NCBI GenBank assembly: GCA_951406725.2 | Contig: OX597821.1 | Span: 54,684,001-54,748,000, forward strand | Length of the DNA: 64,000 bases | Source: Octopus vulgaris | Taxonomy: Eukaryota | Direction of reading: 5' to 3' | Part shown: positions 43,150 through 55,200 of the stretch, one piece after another | How the letters are laid out: each line of letters starts with the position of its first letter | Numbering within the stretch: the stretch's first letter is position 1 | Notes under the pieces: generated by a model | What the model saw: the letters and a program-made list of their open reading frames with translations, nothing else | Databases searched by the model: none | What the model was told of the DNA's origin: nothing | Made by a program: the position numbers and the translations under genes

Positions 43150-44100
43150 AAATCCTTGTTTATTGATCATGCTTTAGGGACCCTGCATTGCACTTTTGCA
43201 TTTCCATACAGTGCTGATTTTTTTAGGTGTTCTATTTTTACAATTAGTTTAGTCATTTTCAGCCATGTTGGTAATGCACCAATCACTAATAGTATCACGT
43301 TTGTCCACAACTTGCATAATTCCCACTTCAACTAATCACTTTTCCTTCTTTCTCTTTGATCCTGTTGTCACAAGGGCATGCTATTGTTGCATGGTTAGGA
43401 CAAAGGCATAGTGTCCATTTATATGCATAATCTATTGCTACATTATTACAAGGCTTCATGAAATACAGACAATTTTAAGTGAACATCGTGTTTTATAGGG
43501 GCCAGAGGTCTTCAACAGATAATTGATAATTGGGCTGATTCTTCATATTGCTGCAATTACACATGACTGTGTTGCTTCTTCATCCATCACCTGGTTAGGT
43601 ATAGAGATGGGAAAACAGCTTTTAGGAGAATTGTGCTGGTTTGAGTATGAAGCTGTGTAAACAGTTATGAGAGAAAATTCACCTGAGATTATTTCAATGA
43701 AATCTGAATTCTCTCAGCTTTTCCATGCTAAAAGCTGCTATATTTAATGCCTTCATTAATAGAAAGTGCTAAAGATTGTCACATGAACAAAAAGTTCTGA
43801 TTGGCTGAAATGGGGTTTGCATGCATGATAAACTCACGATTCACATGTGATTGAAAATAGAGTTGAAAACAACTGCCATACTATGTCAATTATCGGGCAT
43901 ATTTCTTTTTCTTTTTTCCTTTTCTGTTCAATAACTACAATTTCAGATTTCTGATGTTTAATCTGATGGTCAAACTGAATCATTACATCCCTTAGGATTT
44001 CGCAGTCATCATTCTTAGTAACTCCTTCTGGGATTTCATCATACCACAAATGGTTTTTCTAGGCTTTAATTTTCACAAAGCTCCCAATGCATCATTTTTG
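43150..44100 (-). mobile_element. R4/Dong-like REL fragment, interrupted at about 43400-43810
   Basis: ORF 43834-44049 WYDEIPEGVTKNDDCEILRDVMIQFDHQIKHQKSEIVVI..IIDI; continuation near 43270-43390 includes LVIGAL. Confidence 0.7.
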
Positions 44101-44401
44101 CCAAGTATTGATGCTACACTGTTCAGAGAGATTATTATACCTTTTGTTATTCTCCTTTTCCATCAAGGTTGTTTTATGTCCTTTTTTTTTTCCATCAACG
44201 TTATGTTCTCTTGATCTGTAATCCCATCCTTTCTGCAACAGTTCTACTTGCAGCCTTGATGAGTTCATTTGTTTGTGGCATATACTTTGTTTCAATGTAT
44301 TTCAATACATGATTGACTTTATTTGTTTCTTGATTTAGTCTTCATTGGTCAGCCTTCGAAGTTATTAAAAATTGAAACCCATCAGTGACTTTTGGGACAC
44401 C

Positions 44402-44444
<43 letters not shown>

Positions 44445-44447
<3 letters not shown>

Positions 44448-45055
44448 TTGCGGCCAAAATGTTCAGAACGGCATTGTTTTCGTCAGAAAAGTAGGTATAA
44501 TTTTTTATCAAAGTTGTTTTATATTCTATAATTTTCAAAGACAATAAATACAATATTAATTGTTATTGTCTGGGATTTTGGTGTAATTTGAGAGGATAAT
44601 ACAAAAGTTATGGATGATTTAGTGATTTACTGCAAAATCCATGGCGGCCAAAATGATCAGAACGGTTGCTTTTACTCCGTGTTTTAGTATATTTAACCGG
44701 CGAACCCTAATGTTTTGAATTTGTTTATGTGACGGATCGTTTACTAAACATTAGTAAGAATATCTGCTGTGTACTTTGTTAATATAATGTCACTTACTCC
44801 GTTACCAATTCGTCAGCAGCTTATTAAACTTCGAAAAAGGATAATTTAAGTATTGGGTCTATTGCAAAGATTGTAAATCCCTAAATCATCCATAACTTTT
44901 GTATTATTCTCTCAAATTACACCAAAATCTCAGTCAATAACAATTAATAGCGTATTTATTGTCTGTGAAAATTATAGAATATAAAACAACTTTAATAAAA
45001 AATTATACCTACTTTTCTGACAAAAACAATGCTGTTCTGAACATTTTGGCCGCAA

Positions 45056-45058
<3 letters not shown>
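44445..45058 (+). mobile_element. Internally deleted Tc1-like (IR/DR) element with about 178-bp TIRs, inserted in (TA)n
   Basis: CAGTTGCGGCCAAAATGTTCAGAAC...GTTCTGAACATTTTGGCCGCAACTG; inner direct repeat gcggccaaaatgatcagaacgg at about 44644; transposase start MSLTPLPIRQQLIKLR..SIAKIVN at about 44788-44878. Confidence 0.9.
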
Positions 45059-45139
<81 letters not shown>

Positions 45140-45140
45140 G

Positions 45141-45172
<32 letters not shown>

Positions 45173-45175
45173 AAT

Positions 45176-45216
<41 letters not shown>

Positions 45217-46474
45217 TGTATATATATGTATGTATGTATGTATATATATATATATATATTTGTGTATGTATGTATGTTTGTATGTATGTATGTGTGTGTG
45301 TGTATGTGTGTCTCTTTGTGTCTATGCTTGTCCCCAACACTGCTTCACAACTAGTGTTATTGTGTTTACGTCCCTGTAACCTAGCAGTTCAGCAAAAGAG
45401 TCTGATCTAATAAGTATTAGGCTTTCAAAAAATCCCTGGGGCTGATTTGTTTGACTAAAACCCTTCAAGGCAGTGCCCAAGTATGGCCACAGATAAAGGA
45501 GTGAAACAAGTAAAAAAGATGAAATATAGAGACTGTAAGAAATTAGAAGTGGATGCTACTAATCAGTGGGTACTACTAATTAGAATGGGAGTTACTAATC
45601 AGAAGAGTGTAAAGTACATGGATCTAGTCTAAGCATGACATTTTGTTCTATGATAAAACCAGAAAGTTTTAGAGAATTGATGAACACTAGCGGCAATAGC
45701 ATCACTCTGGCAGGTCAATATGTAATAGAGATTATGTCTTAAGATTTCAATAGATTTTTTTACTGCATAAATTGCAAGGAGCTTGACCACCCTGATATGA
45801 CCTTCTAGTGTTAAGAATGGATTAAGAAATACTATATGAATTATTATTATTCTTGAAATGAATTAATACATTTAGTAGAGGTAAATGAGCCAATGTCAGT
45901 TAAAACCCAACACTTGAAGCCTGTTGTTTCTTAAAAATTGTTCATTTGTAGACTACATTATACCTTCAGCAGGGGCCATTCAGTTGCAGTTCTGCCTAAC
46001 AAGCTTCCATGACCATTGCTACTAGTATTGTTATTCAGATATCTATCACCAGTTAAACTAATTCCCCGTGTGTTATCTATTTTGCTGCCACTGTGGCTAT
46101 CCATAATGTTAGTACGCACATGGCTAACATAATCTAGATTAATCAGTATCCCTAGGTCCCTAATATAGTTGCTATGATTGCTATGGTTTGTATTATAATT
46201 TGTATTATTATTTCTATGTCTGATGGGATTCATAATGATATTATTATAATTGCTCTTTTCCTATCAACTCCTCTCATCATTATTGCTTCTCAAAACAATT
46301 TTCATATAGATATTATTATTAGATATTATTATGCAGATATTGTTATAGAGTCATATAGATATTATTGTTATAGAGTTGTCTCTTCACTGTGATTTCCATT
46401 GATATCCACATTTTCTCTGATATTGTTATATTGTTATCAATAATATTATTATATTATTATAATCATTACCTCCA

Positions 46475-48830
46475 CTAGCAAATCTTTCCATCTATGATGG
46501 AGACCTAAAATGAGGGAGGGAAGTTATAACAGCAGTATGTTTTAAGAAATGTGTAAATGGACTTGATAGATTACTGGGTGATGTATTAGAGTAATCTCAT
46601 TATTGCTAGTGATACAGCATTCTATTGCAGCTATATGATGTGTTTGTGACTAAGTGATATGTGATAACTCCCAAACTGAACGAACTGAAATAGGCTCCCA
46701 GTCTCTGTATCATGAATGGTTATGTGGACCACTCCTAGAGCTTCTTTCAACTACTACATAAAAAGTATTAAGAAAAAAAAAATGTCATTTACATTTGCTT
46801 TTATTTTAATTGTTTACACTATTTTTCGCTTGTTTATACCCTTACACATTCAGAGTTCACAAATTTCCTTATTTAAATTATGAATCATATTCCTTTTGAT
46901 AATATATCAATATGATTACAAAACTTCTTTGTTGACAATAATTTCTCTTTGGAGTCCATTCCTTTACTCATAATGACCTATAACTGGCCATGTATAAACA
47001 TCGGAATGGGTAAAAATACACCTACACTATTTAAAGTCTGGCTCTGTGCTTTGTTTACTGTGAATGCGCGAGTGGAATCTTTAGGAATCTGCTCATCTAT
47101 GATGGGAAATAAAGGGATAGTATTGCATATTTAAACCATCTAAATTCATGAACTTTATGGGGTTGGTGGAATCCAGAGTTAATCCTTGTTGTCAGAATTT
47201 TAACAAAAAAAAAAAAATCAAAGGTGATATAGTAATACAAAACTTAATATTGGTACTTGTTCAGTTTAAGGGCTTAAGAAAAGTAAATAAAAATTAAGTG
47301 GGAGTGGGTCTTCGACAGAATAGAGAGAGTTTCTAAATAATGTTTCTTAGTGGAAGCACCTGATCGTTCTGAGCAGACTTTGACTGCATTAATTCAGCAA
47401 TGGATTCTGCCTGGGAGTCACATAGTAAGTAATAGCAGTTGACCATAATATTGGAATTTTAAAAGGTGTTGCATACACTTATGAGGTAATTGTACATGAA
47501 GGAAATGTCAGAAACATGTGGATGCATGTTAAATGCAAATTATACTATCAATTTGGCACTTCAGAGGCTTTGTTTGTTTCATATTTGCATGAATTTATAC
47601 GGCATAATTCAGTGAAGAAGAATAAAATATTTGTTCACCATTTGGATGCTGTTTCAGCTGTGTATGCACAATGATTTAAAAGTAAGTTGACTTACTTTCC
47701 TTTGTTTCTTTTATTAGTTATCTCCCCTTTAATTTTTATTTCCTTTTTTACAACCGTAAACTGAACAATTACCCTTAATATCCACTAAATAATCATAATT
47801 TTAAACATTGTTTTCGCTAAAAACTTTCTTCATTACCTCCTTCGTAATCCAAAAAAACATTGTGACCATTGGTCCAACCCTTTGACCGTGAAGAGTGAAC
47901 AGACAGACAGACATAATGTCCATTATAGCAAGATTAAGTTGCTGCCATTGCCAATGTACCCTCAGTCATAGTTATTAAATTTTATTATGAATAGGATTGT
48001 GTGAGTTATAACAGGTAAACTTACATGTATCTGAAGATGTTATAATCAATCCCATATTAGATGTAGCTAACTAAGAGAGTTTAATTGTGGACAGGTTAAA
48101 TATAAAGTGACATTTATGTTGTGGAGGAAAATTTCATCCAATAATATCAAGAAACTGTTTTAACAGTCCCTTAACATTTAAGCACAGGGGAGATGTATAC
48201 TAGAAAATGTGCTGCCTCTCAGTCTTGTTAGGAAAACTTAAGACTTTGAGATTAGGGTACTCAGCAGGTACAAGGCATATAATTTCTATGTTATGATCTT
48301 TCTTCATATATGCATTTACGTGTTTGGGCTAAAATGGTGATGGCACTATTAATGAACCTAGAGTGGGATGTAGTAATGGGGCAAGAGTTGCTGCTGTCAG
48401 CAGAGTAAGTGTCTGTATTAGAGTTAGGAGCACTATGTAGATTTAAAGCTTGGTATGCAAGCATCTGTAAATTTAAAGCTTGGTATCCAAACCTCAGTAG
48501 ATCTAAAGCTTGGTATCCAAGCCTTTGTAGATTTAAAGCTTGGTATCCAGTTGAGCTTAGATCTTAAGCTTAGTGTCAGGTAAAAATTTAATTTTGTCAT
48601 AGAATCCACTGGTGAGCAGGGCTTTGTTATAAAATGTAATGTGGTTGTTAAAAATTTCCTCATTTGCAGACAGGTTACAAAATTCTAATAGAAATGCTGT
48701 TAATTCTACAATTTAGAATGGAGCTAGGACGGTGAGATTTAGAGTCTTCCAGGTACTCTAAAGGTTGTCCAGCAGCACAAAAGAGTTTGCCATCACAAAA
48801 GAGAGCACTACAAATTCTTGGAGTATGTAG
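46475..48830 (-). mobile_element. Degenerate Helitron (PIF1-type helicase remnant and 3' terminus)
   Basis: Minus strand FTVNKAQSQTLNSVGVFLPIPMFIHGQL*VIMS (46961-47091, helicase motifs V/VI) and AATL..TSHSRF (about 48345-48395, motif Ia); 3' hairpin tccatc/gatgga close to CTAG|T at 46475. Confidence 0.75.
48436..48577. repeat. 30-bp minisatellite, about 4.7 copies, with a palindromic core
   Basis: Unit tgtagatttaaagcttggtatccaagcctt; internal gcttgg-tat-ccaagc inverted repeat. Confidence 0.9.
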
Positions 48831-49477
48831 GTAATATTACTGAAGGAGGTATAACTTACATGCATATTTGTTTAACATCCATTTTATCATTACCAGCAAG
48901 CAATAGATAGGAAGTTATTTGAAGCACAAATTTTATTGCTTCATGTATGTCCTGTTACCAACCCATCTCTGTTTTTTAAATAAGGGATTTTTCAACCCAG
49001 AGATCTTTGAAAAACTGATCATAATGTCAGCAACTAATTTCAACATCATCATCATCATTTGGACAAGCATGGAATATCAGCATTCACACACACTTATGTC
49101 CACACACACATACATGCATATGTGCACACACACGTGTAAACATACATGCACATATATACCACATTCAGCTATCTGGAAATGGCCACAACCAAAGCTGAAT
49201 GCCAAAGATAGTGGTGGCGCTGGTGGTTATGATGGTAGGGATGTTGTAGCTGTTGCTGGTAGTGTTGCTGGTGAAATGATGGTGATGATTGTCACAAGGA
49301 TGTTGGTGGTACAAGTAATGCTAACAATGATGGTGATGCGATAAAAGTGCTATGACAATCTTAAATCTTTGTATAATCAACTTCAATGTTTTCTGAACAA
49401 CCATTTGGAAGATCATCATTATCACAATGAGCATGATCATTAAAAAAATCATGCTTTTGTTTGTCAAGCCATCTATT

Positions 49478-49521
<44 letters not shown>

Positions 49522-50130
49522 GGTGGATGGATAATCGTATCAGTATTTACTTCTGTATATAAACTTGTGATATCCTAGTTCATGTTAGCCATGTGATATC
49601 ATTGATGTAGTTTTCGTCGTTGTTGGCATTACCCCCCACCCCGCCACCACTCTCAGCTAGCCTATACAAAGTAAATATATTCCAAAATAATCAGAATATT
49701 TGCTCAGTGACCTAAACATATAAACCTCTTGCTCATCCCACCCAGTTCTGTTGATGTTCCAGTATCTTCTTTCTCTGCAGCTATGTAAACTAATGAAATT
49801 CTGAAGTAGGAAACTAACATGGTTATTCCACATGCAGGAAATAGCAGTCAAATCACACCTTGTTATCTTCACCTCCCGGTTCTAGGCTGTTTTTACAAGA
49901 GTTGATATGTTACAAATATTGATAATGGTGGAGATGATGATGACAAGATAACAAGTAGAGCTGTATTTGCTTCTCAAGTACATGGTGTCAGTTTCAATCC
50001 CACTGCACAGCACCTTGGGCAAGTGTCCCTTATTATAGCCCTGGGCCAACAAAAGAATTGAAAACTTGTGAATGGATTTAGTAGAGGGAAATTGAAACAA
50101 GCTTGTGTGTGTACACATATACACACCCAA

Positions 50131-50163
<33 letters not shown>

Positions 50164-50312
50164 TATATGTATATATATGCAGGCACAACTGTGTGGTAGG
50201 GAATTTGCTTCCCAAATACATGATTCTTGGTTCAATTCTTTTGCAAGCCACCTTGGCCGATCAAAGCCTTGTAAGCAGATCTGGTAGATGAAAACTGAAA
50301 GAAGCTGGTTGC

Positions 50313-50382
<70 letters not shown>

Positions 50383-50697
50383 TTTAAAAAATATATATAT
50401 ATAAATATATACATATACACAGTAATTTTCATTTTCGCCGAAACGCACATGGTGCAAAAATAACTGAATCAAGTTATCTCCTGCAAGAAAGAAAAAAGAA
50501 GCATCTCTCCTGAAAAAAATCCCGTAAACCAAAAAAAAATAATCCAGACCACATTGTTGGATTAAGTATCAATTTCATCTATTTCATATTTTATTTATTA
50601 TTCTATTTTATCTTTCACTTAGGCCCACATCTTAGTTAAAGTTGCGATCGTCATTTTGTTTGTTTACATTTTCAATATCTGTTCTCGATATAATAAT

Positions 50698-52177
50698 TTT
50701 CCAGATACTCTATCTTCTAATTAGCCTTAAGATTAAATTAAATAACGTTTAATATTGATACCGTCAAATTAGCCTTAGGATTAAATTTAATAACGTTTAA
50801 TATTGTTTAATATTGTTAATAATTATTGTTAACTAGCCTTAGGATTAAATTAAATAACGTTTAATATTGTTTTAATATTGTTAATAATTATTGTTAATTA
50901 GCCTTAAGATTAAATTAAATAACGTTTAATATTGTTTAATATTGTTAATAATTATTGTTAATTAGCCTTAGGATTAAATTAAATAACGTTTAATATTTTT
51001 AATATTGTTAATAATTATTGTTAATTAGCCTTAAGATTAAATTAAATAACATTTAATATTGTTTTAATATTGTTAATAATTTTTCAGATACTCTATCTTC
51101 TAATTAGCCTTAAGATTAAATTAAATAACGTTTAATATTAATAACGTCTAATTAGCCTTAGGATTAAATTAAATAACGTTTAATATTGTTTAATATTGTT
51201 AATAATTATTGTTAATTAGCCTTAGGATTAAATTAAATAACGTTTAATATTGTTTAATATTGTTAATAATTACTGTTAATTAGCCTTAAGATTAAATTAA
51301 ATAACGTTTAATATTGTTTAATATTGTTAATAATTATTGTTAATTAGCCTTAGGATTAAATTAAATAACGTTTAATATTGTTTAATATTGTTAATAATTA
51401 TTGTTAATTAGCCTTAAGATTAAATTAAATAACGTTTAATATTGTTTTAATATTGTTAATAATTCTTCAGATACTCTATCTTCTAATTAGCCTTAAGATT
51501 AAATTAAATAACGTTTAATATTACCCACACTCTAATATAATATTAACATTGCTAATATATTTTCAGATACTCTATCTCCTAATTAGCCTTAAGATTAAAT
51601 AACGTTTTTACCCACACTCTAATATAATATTAATATTGCTAATATATTTTCAGATACTCTATCTTCTAATTAGCCTTAAGATTAAATTAAATAACGTTTA
51701 ATATTAATAACGTCTAATTAGCCTTAAGATTAAATTAAATAACGGTTAATATTGCTTAATATTGTATATATAATTTTTCAGATACTCTGTCTTCTAATTA
51801 GCCTTAAGATTAAATTAAATAACGTTTAATATTACCCACACTCTAATATAATATTAATATTGCTAATATATTTTCAGATACTCTATCTCCAAATTAGCCT
51901 TAAGATTAAATAACGTTTTTTTTACCCACACTCTAATATAATATTAATATTGCTAATATATTTTCAGATACTCTATCTCCTAATTAGCCTTAAGATTAAA
52001 CAACGTTTTTATCCACACTCTAATATAATATTAATATTGCTAATACATTTTCAGATACTCTATCCCCTAATTAGCCTTAAGATTAAATAACGTTTTTACC
52101 CAAATAACGTTTTTACACAAACTTTAATATTGTTAATATTTCTTTTTCAAGTACTCTATCTTCTAATTAGCCTTAAT
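50698..52177 (+). repeat. Modular higher-order AT-rich tandem array, 21 copies of core (AAT)TAGCCTTA(A/G)GATTAAA
   Basis: Core TAGCCTTA counted by eye at 50722, 50770, 50834, 50899, 50963, 51026, 51105, 51153, 51217, 51281, 51345, 51409, 51488, 51584, 51671, 51719, 51799, 51895, 51985, 52072 and 52168. Confidence 0.95.
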
Positions 52178-52237
52178 ATCTTCCTGTCTTCTCTCGAACA
52201 TAATTAGATAGATAAACGGATAGACGGATTATCCAGC

Positions 52238-55200
52238 ATGTCCAGAGCATGGAGACCTGACGAGCTGGATTTATTCGTACAAGCATGGGAGTGCGCCGGC
52301 GGAGATAGCCCTAGCGAGGTGATTGCGGCTGCGCTGAAGAGCAGAGGCTATACAAGAGGACAGCGGCTCAGATGGAGCGAAAGAGACGGGAATTCGTGCG
52401 CTCATATGCGCTTGTACGGTCGCACATCGGCGCACTTGATGCCATCTTTGAGAACGAGCGGAGCAAAGATGGCAAGAATGGAGACGATGAAAGAAGTCAC
52501 CCCCACCTGGTGGACGCCCGGGAGGAGGTTTTGAATGAGAAACCTGCCCGGGAAGTGAACCCAGGTGCAAGTTCTCCAACCGGCAGCAAGGGCCATGGAG
52601 ACGGAGAACCCGGTGAAGAGGTAGAGGGAGGAAGAAGAACTAAAAGAAGGACTGGAAGTGCTAAAGGAAAAGAAAAAGCTCAAGCAGGACCAAAGAGTGA
52701 AACAACCAGGAATAGAAGTGGAACCGCAAAGGATGGAACCAAACAGCGCACACGGGTGTGTATGTTCTACCTGAGAGGTTCCTGCTGGCATGGAAAGGAA
52801 GGTGCAGGCTGCTTCTTTGCACATCGGGGACCCTGCCACAGAGACACGAGGCAGATGGACAAACCATCAACACAAAGAAAAGGGATGGACCACGCACCAC
52901 CTTCCCCAAAGCGGAGGTACGCAGATGTTGTGCGCGCCACAAACAGCCAACATGATGTTGTCGAAAGAGCAGCTGCTGAGCAACAATCTTTTTGTGCATG
53001 GCACAAAGATTGTACAGCAGCTGACCTGGCTTCATCAAACCCAAGCCCGCAGGTGGGACTACCCACTATATACCAGACCACCACAGCAAACAGACACAGG
53101 ATGGACACCGCCGGCAACAACGTACACCTCACCTCGATACTCCTACTGAACATCAGAGGACTGCAAACACTCAGTAACAGGACAAAGATCCCGTTCCTGA
53201 GAGACTTTGTTGCATGCAATCAAACCTTATGCATAGCACTTACAGAAACGCACCTGAAACCGGACATAGCAGATGCGGAGTTACACATACCACAGTATGC
53301 TGTACTACGGACCGACAGGAAAGAAAGGAGTCATGGAGGTGTTGCTATGTACATCCGTGAGGACCTCACACCCCAGGTCCTCTTGTCATACTCAAACTCG
53401 GTGTGTGACACACTAATTGTACATATTAGGCAACTTGATGTAGTTGTGTGTGCTACATATCGCCCTCCAGATGCCCCAAGCCATGTGGGCAAGTTTGAAG
53501 ACTGCCTTATAAAAATAGAAGAAATTCTAACCACATTAGAACAACACATAGGTGTGCTTCTTATGGGAGACTTCAATCTGCCCAATGTCAGATGGCCCGA
53601 GGGCCTTTCTCTCCCAGGAATGACAAGATGTGAACGAGGACAGGCGAGGTCCCTCCTGAACCTCATCAACACCCTGTACATGGAGCAGGTAATACTCCAA
53701 CCAACCAGGGCAGGTAACACACTGGATCTCTGCTTCACAAATGACATGGATCTCATCCATAATGTGAAAGTGACACCGACACTACTCTCGGATCACAACA
53801 TGATAGAGCTGACCATGTACGGGCCAAAAGAGAGCACGGACATGCAGCCTACAAGAAACCCTCAAAATCTTTCCAGCTTGAACTACCATAAGGCAAACTG
53901 GAAACAAATTGAGAAAGAGATCCTCAAACAAAACTGGCCTAAATGTCTCTCCTCGCCAGACATCGACGTGAAACTTCAACAATTCATGTCTGTAATGCAA
54001 GCCATATGCTACAAATGTGTCCCAGAGAGAAAGGCCACTGTACACAAGAACAAAATCCCCAGAGAGAGGAAAATTTTAATAAGACGGCGTACGAAATTTT
54101 CAAATCGCCTAAACAAACAGATTGAAAGCAGTGAAAAGTCCCGCCTAAAAATAAAACTGTTGGAAATCGAAAAATGTCTGCAACTCTCCCATGAAAAAGA
54201 AAGAGCAGACAAAGAAGCCTGGGCTATAGAAAACATAAAATCTAACCCCAGAGCTTTCTACAGGTATGCCAAAGAAACAGCTACAGTGCACTGTAGAATA
54301 GGGCCACTCCTCGAAAAGGATGGCACACTTACAGGAAAACCAATGAGGGTAAGTGAAATACTGAATGAGCAATTCAAGAGTGTTTTCACTCCACCCCTTG
54401 GGCATCTCCAAATCACCAATCCAACTGACTTTTTTACCACTGCAGATATAAAATCAGAGGCGGCGAAGATAGATTACATCGATATAAAGGAAGACGATGT
54501 AACCAAGGCTATAGATGAAATGAAAACAGACTCAGCTACTGGCCCCGATGGATTCCCGGCAATCCTCCTAAAAGCATGTAAGAGAGTCCTAGCAAGACCA
54601 CTGCAGTTCCTCTTTCAGAGCTTCCTTGCAGCTGGCAAACTTCCAGGAAAACTGAAGGAAGGTAAAATATGCCCCATTCATAAAGGAGGTAGCAGAGCGG
54701 AAGCCAAGAACTATAGACCTATCTCTCTGACCTCACACATCAGCAAGGTCATGGAACGAATAGTCAGAAGGAAGCTGATCACCTTCCTTGAAGAGAATGA
54801 CTTGCTGCCCGACACCCAACATGGTTTCCGACCAGGGAGAAGCTGTTTAACTCAGCTCCTACAACACTATGACTGGGTGCTGAAACGGCTGCTCAACCAC
54901 TCAAATGTGGAAGTGATATATCTCGACTTTGCAAAGGCCTTTGATAAAGTCGATCATGGAATGATATGTCACAAACTGTGTGATCTCAACATAGTTGGAA
55001 AACTGGGAGAATGGCTTCATGACTTTCTGAAGGATAGAAGTCAGGTGGTAGTAGCCAATGGGGCCACCTCCATTAACACACAAATAGTGAGCGGTGTTCC
55101 GCAGGGCACTGTTCTGGGACCACTACTGTTCATAATGGCCCTCTCAAACATGCCCTCAGCCACGCAGAGAGCCACGATCACAAGTTATGCAGATAATACA

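Noticed and set aside
50698-52177. CRISPR-like array next to a reverse transcriptase
   Set aside because: Sequences between cores are re-used modules rather than unique spacers, there are no cas genes, and the context is a eukaryotic LINE
52402-54440. Antisense ORFs overlapping the LINE coding region
   Set aside because: Expected shadow ORFs of a GC-richer coding sequence, with no motifs
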